Shown here piece after piece: positions 49,296 to 57,736 of a DNA stretch of 64,000 nt. The notes beneath the pieces were generated by a model. The model searched no databases. It had not been told where the DNA came from and was given only the letters and a program-made list of their open reading frames with translations. Source of the stretch: Planctomycetota bacterium (GTDB taxonomy: Bacteria > Planctomycetota > PLA2 > JAEUHO01); contig CBDCTJ010000007.1 in assembly GCA_965222115.1 (NCBI GenBank), positions 1,472,001 to 1,536,000 of the forward strand. Direction: 5' to 3'. The translations under genes and the position numbers were made by a program. Numbering within the stretch: position 1 is the stretch's first letter; each line of letters begins with the position of its first letter.

Positions 49296-50816
49296 GTGGC
49301 ACGCGAAGCTGGAACTATTGCGAGGCGAGTCGTGAGTCCACCCCATTCAACGCCCCGCGCGTCATCGCGATTGCTCGACCACTGGGAAGAAGCTCCTTCG
49401 GATGTGCGCGAACGCATTCGTGTGTACTGGCTGACCGACGCCGGTGGCGGCGACAAGTCGTCCGTTTCCGTGGAGCAGTTCGGAAACGACGTACTCATGT
49501 TGTGGAAGCGCGGTCGCGCGCGCCGCGGTCTGGAGCCGTCACTCACGTGGTTTCAATCGGGGGCGCACGCGCTCGCGTGGCGCGATCTTCATTTGGCGCG
49601 CCGCTGTGAACACGGCAGCGAGGCGGCTTGGCGTGAGTTTTCGCGACGCTATTCACCGGATGTTGAGGCTGCGATTCATCGTGGTTATCCGAACGTCGAT
49701 GCACAGGCGGTCGCGGCATCCGTGATGGCCGATATGTGGAAACGTCCGAAAGGGGGTACGCCGGATCGTACGCAGTTGGGACGCTATGAGGGCATGGGCC
49801 CATTGTGGGCGTGGCTTGCCGCGATCGGGCTTCGACGTGCTCATGAAGAACGTGTACATGAAGACGGGCAGCATGAAGCGACTAGCAATCCGCTGGATCC
49901 CAATGATGCTTCGTTGGCGCTCAATCAAGACGTAGACAGCGAGGAACGCGACCTAGTTGAAGTACGTGGCCAGTCCGACCCCGTGGTCGTGCGGTTGATC
50001 GAAGAGGCGAAACACCCTCGTCTAGCCGATGCAATCAAGCCACGCGGTCGTTCGCTTTCCATTCCGTTGTGGGCCGTGGGCGCCGCACTTGCGGCGCTTG
50101 CGCTTGTGGCATTCCTGTTGTTCCACGGCGATTCAAACGACGCCAATCAACGAAGCGAGTCCGCAAGTTCGAATCCCGCGATCACCGAAGGCACGTGGAA
50201 CGATCGATCGCTGGCCAGTACCTTCAAAGCACTCGCCGCTAAAGAAGCGCAAGCGTTTCAGGGCTTCACGTTTCCCGACGCGGCTTCAAGAAAGGGCGTT
50301 GAAGAACGCCAACTGCGAAGCAATGAGCTGTTTGTCAAACCTGCAGCTGCGGTCCTCGAAGCTACGCCCACCATTCGATGGCTCGATGGAGACGGAAACT
50401 CGATTCGTGCACGACAAGTGTTTGTACAGGTTATGAAGGAACATGGCGGCGTGCGCCTTGAGTTGAATACCGACGACGAAGAGTTGGAGTGGCCGATCGA
50501 CGTCAAGGAGCTTGAGCCGGGCGTTTCCTACACCGCGAATGTGTCGCTCACGCACAACGGCGTGCGCCACCGAGGGTCCACCACCTTTCGGGTGATTTCC
50601 GATCGACAAGCGGATCGCTACGAACGTGCCTGCCAGCGCATCGAGCGCGAAGTTGAGGGTCCGGTGGGACGCGCACTTTTGCTGGGCTATACGGCGGTGC
50701 ACTTTGGTTTGCTAGAAGAAGCGTGGGTCCACCTCAACGATGTGGAGGCGTCTGGGCCGTCCGCGGACGCCCTCGACGAACTCATCGCGTATCTGCAGCG
50801 CTTGGATCCGCCGTAG
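49296..50816 (+). CDS. Sigma2-like domain fused to anti-sigma-like helix, TM and DUF928-like extracytoplasmic domain
   Basis: DLHLARRCEHGSEAAWREF and YEGMGPLWAWL (sigma2-like); TM LWAVGAALAALALVAFLLF; PTIRW...LEPGVSY beta-rich domain. Start uncertain. Confidence 0.6.
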   Translation: MAREAGTIARRVVSPPHSTPRASSRLLDHWEEAPSDVRERIRVYWLTDAGGGDKSSVSVEQFGNDVLMLWKRGRARRGLEPSLTWFQSGAHALAWRDLHLARRCEHGSEAAWREFSRRYSPDVEAAIHRGYPNVDAQAVAASVMADMWKRPKGGTPDRTQLGRYEGMGPLWAWLAAIGLRRAHEERVHEDGQHEATSNPLDPNDASLALNQDVDSEERDLVEVRGQSDPVVVRLIEEAKHPRLADAIKPRGRSLSIPLWAVGAALAALALVAFLLFHGDSNDANQRSESASSNPAITEGTWNDRSLASTFKALAAKEAQAFQGFTFPDAASRKGVEERQLRSNELFVKPAAAVLEATPTIRWLDGDGNSIRARQVFVQVMKEHGGVRLELNTDDEELEWPIDVKELEPGVSYTANVSLTHNGVRHRGSTTFRVISDRQADRYERACQRIEREVEGPVGRALLLGYTAVHFGLLEEAWVHLNDVEASGPSADALDELIAYLQRLDPP

Positions 50817-50910
50817 CCCGGGCAATGGTCAACGCGGGCGCGTCCAAACGAGACGGCCCCGGCTCCAGGTGCGATACTCACCTCCTGCGCGATTGCGTAC
50901 GGAGGACAAC

Positions 50911-52986
50911 ATGACGAACCATCTCGCCGTGAGGCGCGTAACGTTTGCGTTTTTGCTACTGGCCACGTTCGGGCTCCTGGCGCCGGCCTCAAGCACAAGG
51001 CTTGCAAACGGGCAGGAAGAGTCCCCGGACAAGCTTGCCGAGGCCATTCAGTTTGCGCGTGACCGGGTGTATCCCGCCCTCGTCAACATCTCCGTGGTCG
51101 ATCGCATGTTTTCGCAGGGCCGCGAAGAACGCGTGCTCGCAGCGGGTAGCGGCGTCATTGTGAGTCCTGCAGGACATGTGCTCACCAACTACCACGTGGC
51201 GGGTGAGGCCACACGCATTACATGTCGCTTGCCCAGTGGCGAACGTGTGGATGCTGATCGCATCTGCCCCGATCCATTGACCGACCTTTGTGTACTCAAG
51301 CTGCGCATGGGGGAACGACGCGACCCCACCAAGCCCTTGCCGTTTGCAAGCATTGGCGCCAGCGACAAGCTGCAGGTTGGCGATCACGTGATGGCGATTG
51401 GCAACCCGCAAGGGTTGAGCAGTTCCATCACGCTTGGGATTGTCTCGAACACGTCGCGCGTGTTTACGAGCTTTGCTGGCGACCGTTTGGAAGAGTTCTC
51501 GTTTCGCGGCGGCCAGAGCACCGGCATTTTGAACCAGTGGATTCAGCACGACGCTCTCATCCTTGGCGGCAACAGCGGCGGTCCGCTTGTCAATATGCAG
51601 GGTGAAGTCATTGGCATCAACACGCGCGGTGGCGGCGGTGTGGGTTTTGCCATTCCTTCGTCGATTTGCAGCAAGGTGCTCAACCAGGCACTTACGTTTG
51701 GCGAAGTGCGTCGCGGATGGCTCGGTTTGGCCGTGCAGCCCATTTCTCTGCTTGAGCGCGACGAAGGCGCGTTGGTTGCTTCGGCGCTCGATGTAGGGCC
51801 CGCGCATAAGGCCGGCATACGTCCAGGGGACGTCTTGATGTCCATCAATGATGTGCCCATCAATGTGAGCAATTGGGCAGCGGTGCCACGCTTCTATGCC
51901 GACATCGCCGATTTGAAGGTCGGTAGCAAGGTCAAGTTGAGTGTCGAGCGTGATGGCGAGTCGCACACTTTTACCGCGAAGGTATTGCCGCTTAGCAAGT
52001 ACACCGGCAAAGAAAAGGTCTATCGGCGTTGGTCGGTTGTGGCTACCACGATCACTGAACCCATGGCGCGCGATCGCAACTACCCAAACACCAAGGGCAT
52101 CTTGATTACCAGCGTGCGTCCCGGAAGCCCCTGCGACAACGCCAAGCCTCCGATTGGTTCGGGTGACGTGATCCTCAAAGTCGCCGACATCGAAATTGTC
52201 GGCGCGGATGAGTTTGCAGAAGCCATCAAGAAGCACAAGCGCAACAAGAAGTTGCCCGTTGTGTTTCGCCGTGGCAAGCGCCACATGGTGACGGTGCTCG
52301 ATATGACCAAGAAGGCGCGCCGGCGAGGCAGTGCCGAACTTCAAAAGGCGTGGTTGGGCGTGAGTACGCAGGTTGTGACCCGAAAAGTGGCCGAGGCGAT
52401 TGGTGCCAAGGGCACCAAGGGTTTTCGCATCACACGCGTGTTGCCGCGCACCGAAGCGGAGAAAGCGGGCCTAAAGGTTGGCGACGTGATCACCACGCTC
52501 GACGGCGACAAGCTCAAGGCGTCAACTATGCAGGATCAGCAACTGCTGCGCCGCAAGATTGAAGACAAGGACATTGGCGCCGAGTCCACATTGGGCGTTT
52601 TGCGCGATGGCAAGACCATCGAAGTGAAAGTCACGCTCGAAGAGTCACCCGAACCTCCCGCGGATGCGCGCACGGCCGAAGACACGGTACTTGAGTACAA
52701 GGTGCGCGAGCTAACCTATACCGATCTCGTCGGTCGTGACCTCGATCTCGACACCAAGGGTGTCATCGTTGCGAACGTCACGTCGGGCGGGTGGGCCCAC
52801 GTCGCGGGTTTGAGCGGCGGCGACATTCCCCTTGAGATTCAAGGCAAGCCCATTGAGTCGCTCAAGGCGTTCAAGGCCATTGTCAAAGAACTTGGCGAGT
52901 CCAAGCCGCGTTTGGTGACCATCTTTGTGCGCCGGGGTCGCTCGACGACGTTCGTGATTACGCGACCTGAATGGCCCACGGATTAG
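50911..52986 (+). CDS. HtrA/DegQ-family serine protease with about four PDZ domains
   Basis: GGAGGA RBS and signal peptide; triad motifs TNYHV, TDLCVLK, GGNSGGPL; PDZ starts GWLGLAV and AWLGVST plus two degenerate ones. Confidence 0.92.
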   Translation: MTNHLAVRRVTFAFLLLATFGLLAPASSTRLANGQEESPDKLAEAIQFARDRVYPALVNISVVDRMFSQGREERVLAAGSGVIVSPAGHVLTNYHVAGEATRITCRLPSGERVDADRICPDPLTDLCVLKLRMGERRDPTKPLPFASIGASDKLQVGDHVMAIGNPQGLSSSITLGIVSNTSRVFTSFAGDRLEEFSFRGGQSTGILNQWIQHDALILGGNSGGPLVNMQGEVIGINTRGGGGVGFAIPSSICSKVLNQALTFGEVRRGWLGLAVQPISLLERDEGALVASALDVGPAHKAGIRPGDVLMSINDVPINVSNWAAVPRFYADIADLKVGSKVKLSVERDGESHTFTAKVLPLSKYTGKEKVYRRWSVVATTITEPMARDRNYPNTKGILITSVRPGSPCDNAKPPIGSGDVILKVADIEIVGADEFAEAIKKHKRNKKLPVVFRRGKRHMVTVLDMTKKARRRGSAELQKAWLGVSTQVVTRKVAEAIGAKGTKGFRITRVLPRTEAEKAGLKVGDVITTLDGDKLKASTMQDQQLLRRKIEDKDIGAESTLGVLRDGKTIEVKVTLEESPEPPADARTAEDTVLEYKVRELTYTDLVGRDLDLDTKGVIVANVTSGGWAHVAGLSGGDIPLEIQGKPIESLKAFKAIVKELGESKPRLVTIFVRRGRSTTFVITRPEWPTD

Positions 52987-53055
52987 TTCGATCTCACGAA
53001 TCAGATCAAAGCAACTCGAATCAACCATCAAGCGCCGCGACGGCGTCTGGAGTCC

Positions 53056-54045
53056 ATGATGAAGCAACTAGCGATACACTTGGGCGTAGTGGCGCTCGCG
53101 GTGAGCCTTGTAGGTACAACCGTCCATGCCAAAGAAGGCGAGAGTTCCACTGCGGGCACAAAGCAACAGCAATTGATCAACAAGTTTGCTGGCCGCGTAT
53201 GCATGGTCAAAGCGGTGCTTCAAATCAAGATGAGCAATGCAGGCAGGTCTCGTGATCAAGAAGCGCCGGTTAAGGTCACGGGAGTGATCGCGGACGCGTC
53301 CGGCTTGATCATGGTGAATCAGGCCGCACTTGAAGGTCCCGGTGGCGGTGCTGGAAACATGCAGTTGATGCTGATGAAGCAAATGGGCTTCAGCTTCAAA
53401 GTGACGCCCACAAATTTGAGCGTTGTGTTCCCGGGCGACGACAAAGAATATCCCGCCATCTTGGGTGCCAAAGACACCAAGCTGGGGTTGGCGTTTATCG
53501 CCATTCGAGACTTGGGTGACAAGAAGCTTGAACCCGTTACCTGGGACAACGTGGCAACGCCTGCGGTGGGCTCAAAGCTCTATGGTGTGTCGCGCATGGG
53601 TGAAGATTTCGATCACGCGCCCGTCTGCGGCGGTGTCAAGGTGCTCGCGAAAATCGAGAAGCCTCGCAAGATGTGGCTTGTCAATAGTGAGCGCTTTGTG
53701 GGCGAACCGCTCTATGCCGAAGATGGCGCCGTGGCCGGTGTTGTGAGTCTCCAAACCGGTGCGTCCGGAAGCGGTACCGCACAACGTTGCTTGTTGCCCG
53801 TGAACATTGTCACCGCTGTCATTCGTCGTTCGCTCAAGACCGCCGCCCAGGCGCTCGAAGATGCCAAGGAAGACGAGGGTAAGGACGAAGAGGGCAACGA
53901 AGACGGTGACAAGCCCGCGGATGCCGAAGGCGAGAAGGCCGGCGAAGACAAGAAGGACGCCGACGCGGAAGACAAGCCCGCGGAGAAACCAGCGGATAAG
54001 CCCGCCGACGAACCCAAGCCAGAGGAGCCGTCGAAGGACCCGTAG
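53056..54045 (+). CDS. Exported trypsin-like-fold protein, apparently catalytically inactive, with acidic tail
   Basis: TGVIADASGLIMV, LGLAFI and VGEPLY..DGAVAGV align conceptually with the trypsin-2 fold, but His and Ser are missing. Confidence 0.6.
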   Translation: MMKQLAIHLGVVALAVSLVGTTVHAKEGESSTAGTKQQQLINKFAGRVCMVKAVLQIKMSNAGRSRDQEAPVKVTGVIADASGLIMVNQAALEGPGGGAGNMQLMLMKQMGFSFKVTPTNLSVVFPGDDKEYPAILGAKDTKLGLAFIAIRDLGDKKLEPVTWDNVATPAVGSKLYGVSRMGEDFDHAPVCGGVKVLAKIEKPRKMWLVNSERFVGEPLYAEDGAVAGVVSLQTGASGSGTAQRCLLPVNIVTAVIRRSLKTAAQALEDAKEDEGKDEEGNEDGDKPADAEGEKAGEDKKDADAEDKPAEKPADKPADEPKPEEPSKDP

Positions 54046-54065
54046 GCTCGAATCACGTGGCTGGG

Positions 54066-54170
54066 TTGCAGTCGCGCGCAACTCACCTCACGCAGAGGCG
54101 CCACGTTGCAGAGGCGCAGTGGGCTGTGTATAGGTGAGCGCGGATCGCCAAGGTGGAGGCGAGTAGAGAA
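54066..54170 (+). repeat. 105-bp repeat, copy 1 (direct repeat with 55035-55139)
   Basis: Manual ungapped alignment gives 15 mismatches in 105 nt, only 6 of them in the first 79 nt. Confidence 0.9.
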
Positions 54171-54275
54171 AGAGAGTTCACGCTTTACGACTTCTGCTCA
54201 ACGGCACTCCAGCTTGTGTATGAACTGGCATTAAATGCAGGTTCATGCTTGGGATCCATGCGAAATGACCGCGCG

Positions 54276-54617
54276 TCATGCATTGCTCGTTGGATCTATC
54301 GGTAAGGCATCGGGGCGTGGCAATCGCCGACCATGGCGCAACGCCAGGACGTATACCGTACGCGCTTCTTCATCGACGGAATACAGGAGAAGATGAGCTC
54401 CAATCACTAGTTTGCGGATCTCGTAGTCTCGGTATCTGCCTTCTTCAGCCAAGGAGCCACGTCGAGGATAGTTTTCAAGTGAGTCGACTTCGTCCCAGAT
54501 CCGTTCCAACCAACGCTTGGCATTCAGGGGTGCATCTGCAGTATCAGCGATGTAACGTGCTTGACTTGAGATTGCTGCGAGCGCTGTATCGGTGACGCGA
54601 ATCACATCGCAGTTCAT
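54276..54617 (-). CDS. Type II toxin, RelE/ParE family
   Basis: VTDTALAAI...YIA, LENYPRRG, HLLLYSV, VYVLALRHGRR; overlaps the antitoxin stop (ATGA). Confidence 0.88.
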   Translation of the reverse strand: MNCDVIRVTDTALAAISSQARYIADTADAPLNAKRWLERIWDEVDSLENYPRRGSLAEEGRYRDYEIRKLVIGAHLLLYSVDEEARTVYVLALRHGRRLPRPDALPIDPTSNA

Positions 54618-54904
54618 CGATCGATTTCGATACCAAGGTCTCTCGCCAACTTCTTAAGCGCGTCTTTCGCGTCAGAAGTATTTCCATTGCGAATGTCTTG
54701 AGCACTCTGATCTATCTGCAAGAGGCTTCCCGCGAGCTCCGCGCGATCGGCGAGTTTGTCGTAGGCCTCGGGGCTCATGACAACGGCGTCGGTCTTGCCG
54801 TTGCTCGTGACGTACAGGGGTCGACCGGTCTCGCGTACCCGATCGATGTGGTCTCGAAGCAAACGGCGGTGCTCGGTGAAGCTGGTGATGTCGTCGCTAC
54901 GCAT
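54614..54904 (-). CDS. Type II antitoxin, Phd/YefM family
   Basis: ITSFTEHRR, VRETGRPLYVTSNGKTDAVVMSPEAY. Confidence 0.9.
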   Translation of the reverse strand: MRSDDITSFTEHRRLLRDHIDRVRETGRPLYVTSNGKTDAVVMSPEAYDKLADRAELAGSLLQIDQSAQDIRNGNTSDAKDALKKLARDLGIEIDR

Positions 54905-54926
54905 AGTGGAGACCTATAGAGGGGTT

Positions 54927-54946
54927 ATGTACATTATTGTGTACAC
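54927..54946. promoter_or_regulatory. Phd/YefM-type operator: two TGTACA-core palindromes
   Basis: ATGTACAT (54927-54934) and GTGTACAC (54939-54946), 12 bp centre to centre, just upstream of the antitoxin ATG. TGTACA cores are the known yefM-yoeB and phd-doc operator motif. Confidence 0.8.
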
Positions 54947-55034
54947 GGCGCCGAGGCGTGAGTCAACTCACGAATCCCTGTAATTTCTGCGTCAGGGCAA
55001 AGATCACACCCCACGGGAACTGTGACCGGTTGCC

Positions 55035-55139
55035 TTGCAGTCGCGCGCAACTCACCACACGCAGAGGCGCCACGTTGCAGGCGCGCAGACGGCTGTGTGT
55101 AGGTGAGCGCGGAATGGGTGTGCGGAGGCGGGTAGAGAA
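55035..55139 (+). repeat. 105-bp repeat, copy 2
   Basis: See copy 1. Internal imperfect palindrome CTCACC-ACACGCAG...CTGTGTGT-A-GGTGAG. Confidence 0.9.
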
Positions 55140-55240
55140 GAGGAGCCCACACGAAGGGCATAAGGCCACGAAACCGTAGCGCGACACTACGAGGCGGGGC
55201 TCCTCATTAGTGGCCTAGCAGTTAACGAACCTAGATCACC

Positions 55241-55274
55241 CTGCGCCTCTACTTCTCTGGGTCCCTGCGTGAGG
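55241..55274 (-). repeat. Inverted partial copy of the repeat core
   Basis: Reverse complement CCTCACGCAG-N14-AGAGGCGCAG has the same arms and spacer length as 54086-54119. Confidence 0.75.
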
Positions 55275-55316
55275 CTACCCACTTATGGCGAACACATGCG
55301 TGCTATGCAGGCCACA

Positions 55317-56129
55317 CTACGCCAAATCAAACACCAAGAATTCCGCGTTGCTCACGCCAACAATGTTCAGGGTTCCGGCATCGCTCGTTCGTACGGCGTC
55401 ACCTGCCGTCAACTGCACACCGTTCACTCTAATGGCGCCGCGGGCGACTTGGATCCACGCGTGTCGCTTGGGCTTGACAACATGGGCAACGCGCTTCTTC
55501 GCATCGAGTAGCGACGCATACACAACAATGTTCTGATTGATGCGAACGCTCGTCCCCGCACCATTTGGCGTGGCGATGGGCCGCAGTTGATTTTTGCGCG
55601 TTGCCGTGGGAAACGCTCGTTGCGCGTACCCAGGACGGTAGTTCTTGCGATCGGGCGTGATCCAAATCTGCAACAGGTGCAAGCGTTTCTTGCTTGACGC
55701 GTTGAACTCGCTGTGACGGATGCCGGTACCCGCGGTCATGCGTTGGATTTCGCCGGGCTTAATGACGCCGCCGTTGCCCAAGCTGTCGCGGTGGCGGATT
55801 GAACCTTCCAAGACATAGGTAAGAATCTCCATGTCATTGTGAGGGTGCATGGGAAAGCCGCGGCTGGGTTGAATGACGTCCTCATTAATCACACGCAACG
55901 AGCGAAAACTCATGTTGCGCGGGTCGTGATAGTTGCCGAACGAGAAGCTATGTTTCGCTTTGAGCCAACCATGATTGACTTGGCCGCGCTCGTGACTTCG
56001 ACGAACGACAAGTCGGGGTCCCTTCGCTTTGCCCGCAGCTGCCAGAGCTGGCGTGAGGGCAATACCCGCGGCGGCCAGAGACACCTTCTTGGTGAGGTCT
56101 CGGCGATTCATAAGCTTCCTGCGCTTCAT
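55317..56129 (-). CDS. Pirin-family protein (YhhW-like) with twin-arginine-like signal peptide
   Basis: HGWL..HSFSF, LRVINED, GFPMHPHNDMEI, MTAGTGIRHSEFN, LQIWI; AAGGAG RBS. Confidence 0.92.
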   Translation of the reverse strand: MKRRKLMNRRDLTKKVSLAAAGIALTPALAAAGKAKGPRLVVRRSHERGQVNHGWLKAKHSFSFGNYHDPRNMSFRSLRVINEDVIQPSRGFPMHPHNDMEILTYVLEGSIRHRDSLGNGGVIKPGEIQRMTAGTGIRHSEFNASSKKRLHLLQIWITPDRKNYRPGYAQRAFPTATRKNQLRPIATPNGAGTSVRINQNIVVYASLLDAKKRVAHVVKPKRHAWIQVARGAIRVNGVQLTAGDAVRTSDAGTLNIVGVSNAEFLVFDLA

Positions 56130-56366
56130 GGGTGTCTCCTTGGTCCGGGGGTGCATCATTGCACGGCCAGTTGATACCTAGTGACGCTCGATTCGGTGTA
56201 CTTGTTTCAACAAGCAAATTGATGGTGGGCCGATCGTCCCTGGAAGAGCCGGTGTGGCCCCATTTGTTGAGGTCGGGGCGAGGCGCGTCCACAGTCCCCC
56301 TACAATCTTTCCCGGTCCGAATCGTCTACACTATCGATCGGCCCCATTCAGGGCACCGGAGGTCTC

Positions 56367-57557
56367 ATGGTCCAGCGCACTGTTCTTTTTGCGGCGGCGG
56401 CAATATTGCTCGCCTCGATTCCGGTGGCCCACGCCAAGGATGAAGCACCGTCCGATAAGCAGGTCGTGTCGCTCAAGTATCGAACGCTGCCAAACATGTT
56501 CGAGACGCATATGCCGGCGCTCCGCGTGGTGCCCATCAAGGACTCGATACCGATTCCGCATCAGGGCGGCGACGGATTCGCGGTGAAGCTCGACGGTACC
56601 GACTTGTTGATCGACAACAATGGCGATGGCAAGACCAACTTGATCGTGCGGCGGAAAGACAAAGAATCGGGATTGATCCGGTTAAACGCCAAACGCAAAG
56701 ACGGCACGCCCTTTACCTATGCACTGCGTCTTCGCAAGAGCGGCACCTGGGTCTTTCACACGTCGGGCGCCATGGAAGGTACGGTGGGCGATACACGCAT
56801 TCGCCTCATCGATCAGAATCACAACGGAACCTACAATGATCTCGGCGAGGACGCCGTGGTGATTGGCGCATCCAAGTATGCGAGTTTCCTCAGTCCTGTT
56901 TGGTCGCTCGATGGAAAGCTCTACATTGGAAAAGTGACCAAGGACGGCGAGAAAATCACTCTTACCCCCTACACGGGCAAGACCGGCACGCTCGATATGA
57001 CCTCGTCGTTTAAGAGCGGCGGACGCTTGGCCTCAGCCATTGTGAAGACCACCAAAGGCACGTTTTCATTTGATGTTGCCCAATTAGCGGAAGACACCGG
57101 CGGCAAAGTCACACTACCGATCGGCGCCTATGAACTCGTCCGCGGGACGCTTCAAAAGGGTACCTATCAAGTCACCATTGAACCCGGCGACATGAAGCCC
57201 TTCCGCGTGCGCACAAACAAGCACACGACTCTCGCCTGGGGTGGACCGATCCGAGCCGAGTTTGCCTACAATCGCAAGGGTGACAAAGTTCAGTTTTCGC
57301 CCAATCTGGTGTGGTATTTCGGAAGCGCTGGCGAAAAGTACTCGGGCTGGACACCGGAAGCGAAGTCACCGGAATTCATCGTGTACCGCGCCGACGACGG
57401 CAAGGAGGTGGCACGCGGCAAGTTCGTGGCGTGTACCTGAGGCCCAGCCTGGATCCCGGCCGCCGTGAGCGTGCCCGCCGACATCGACATTCGCGTTGAA
57501 ATGAACGACAGTCGTTCCATTTTGGGCGGAAAAATCGAGAGCAAACTGCGCGAGTAA
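56367..57557 (+). CDS. Exported hypothetical protein; ends at 57440 if TGA is a stop, or at 57557 if the TGA at 57438-57440 encodes selenocysteine
   Basis: GGAGG RBS and signal peptide ending AHA. In-frame TGT ACC TGA followed by 38 sense codons and a SECIS-like hairpin. Confidence 0.7.
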
Positions 57558-57736
57558 TTGTCGTCTGAAGCGCTGTCTGCAAAGCCTTTGTGGTTGACCC
57601 CTGTGTCGTGCCTGCGCGCGCGTTCTATTTTGGCGTAAAGTACGCGTTCAGCCCGATTCGGCGCACGCGGAGCAATTGGAGCGCGACAATACTCATGGTG
57701 TCACACCGCCAAGCGCCTCGGTTCCAATTCAACAGC

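Noticed and set aside
54066-55139. TA-flanking repeats as canonical integron attC sites
   Set aside because: They lack properly paired RYYYAAC/GTTRRRY boxes and no integrase is present. Kept only as a non-canonical cassette hypothesis.
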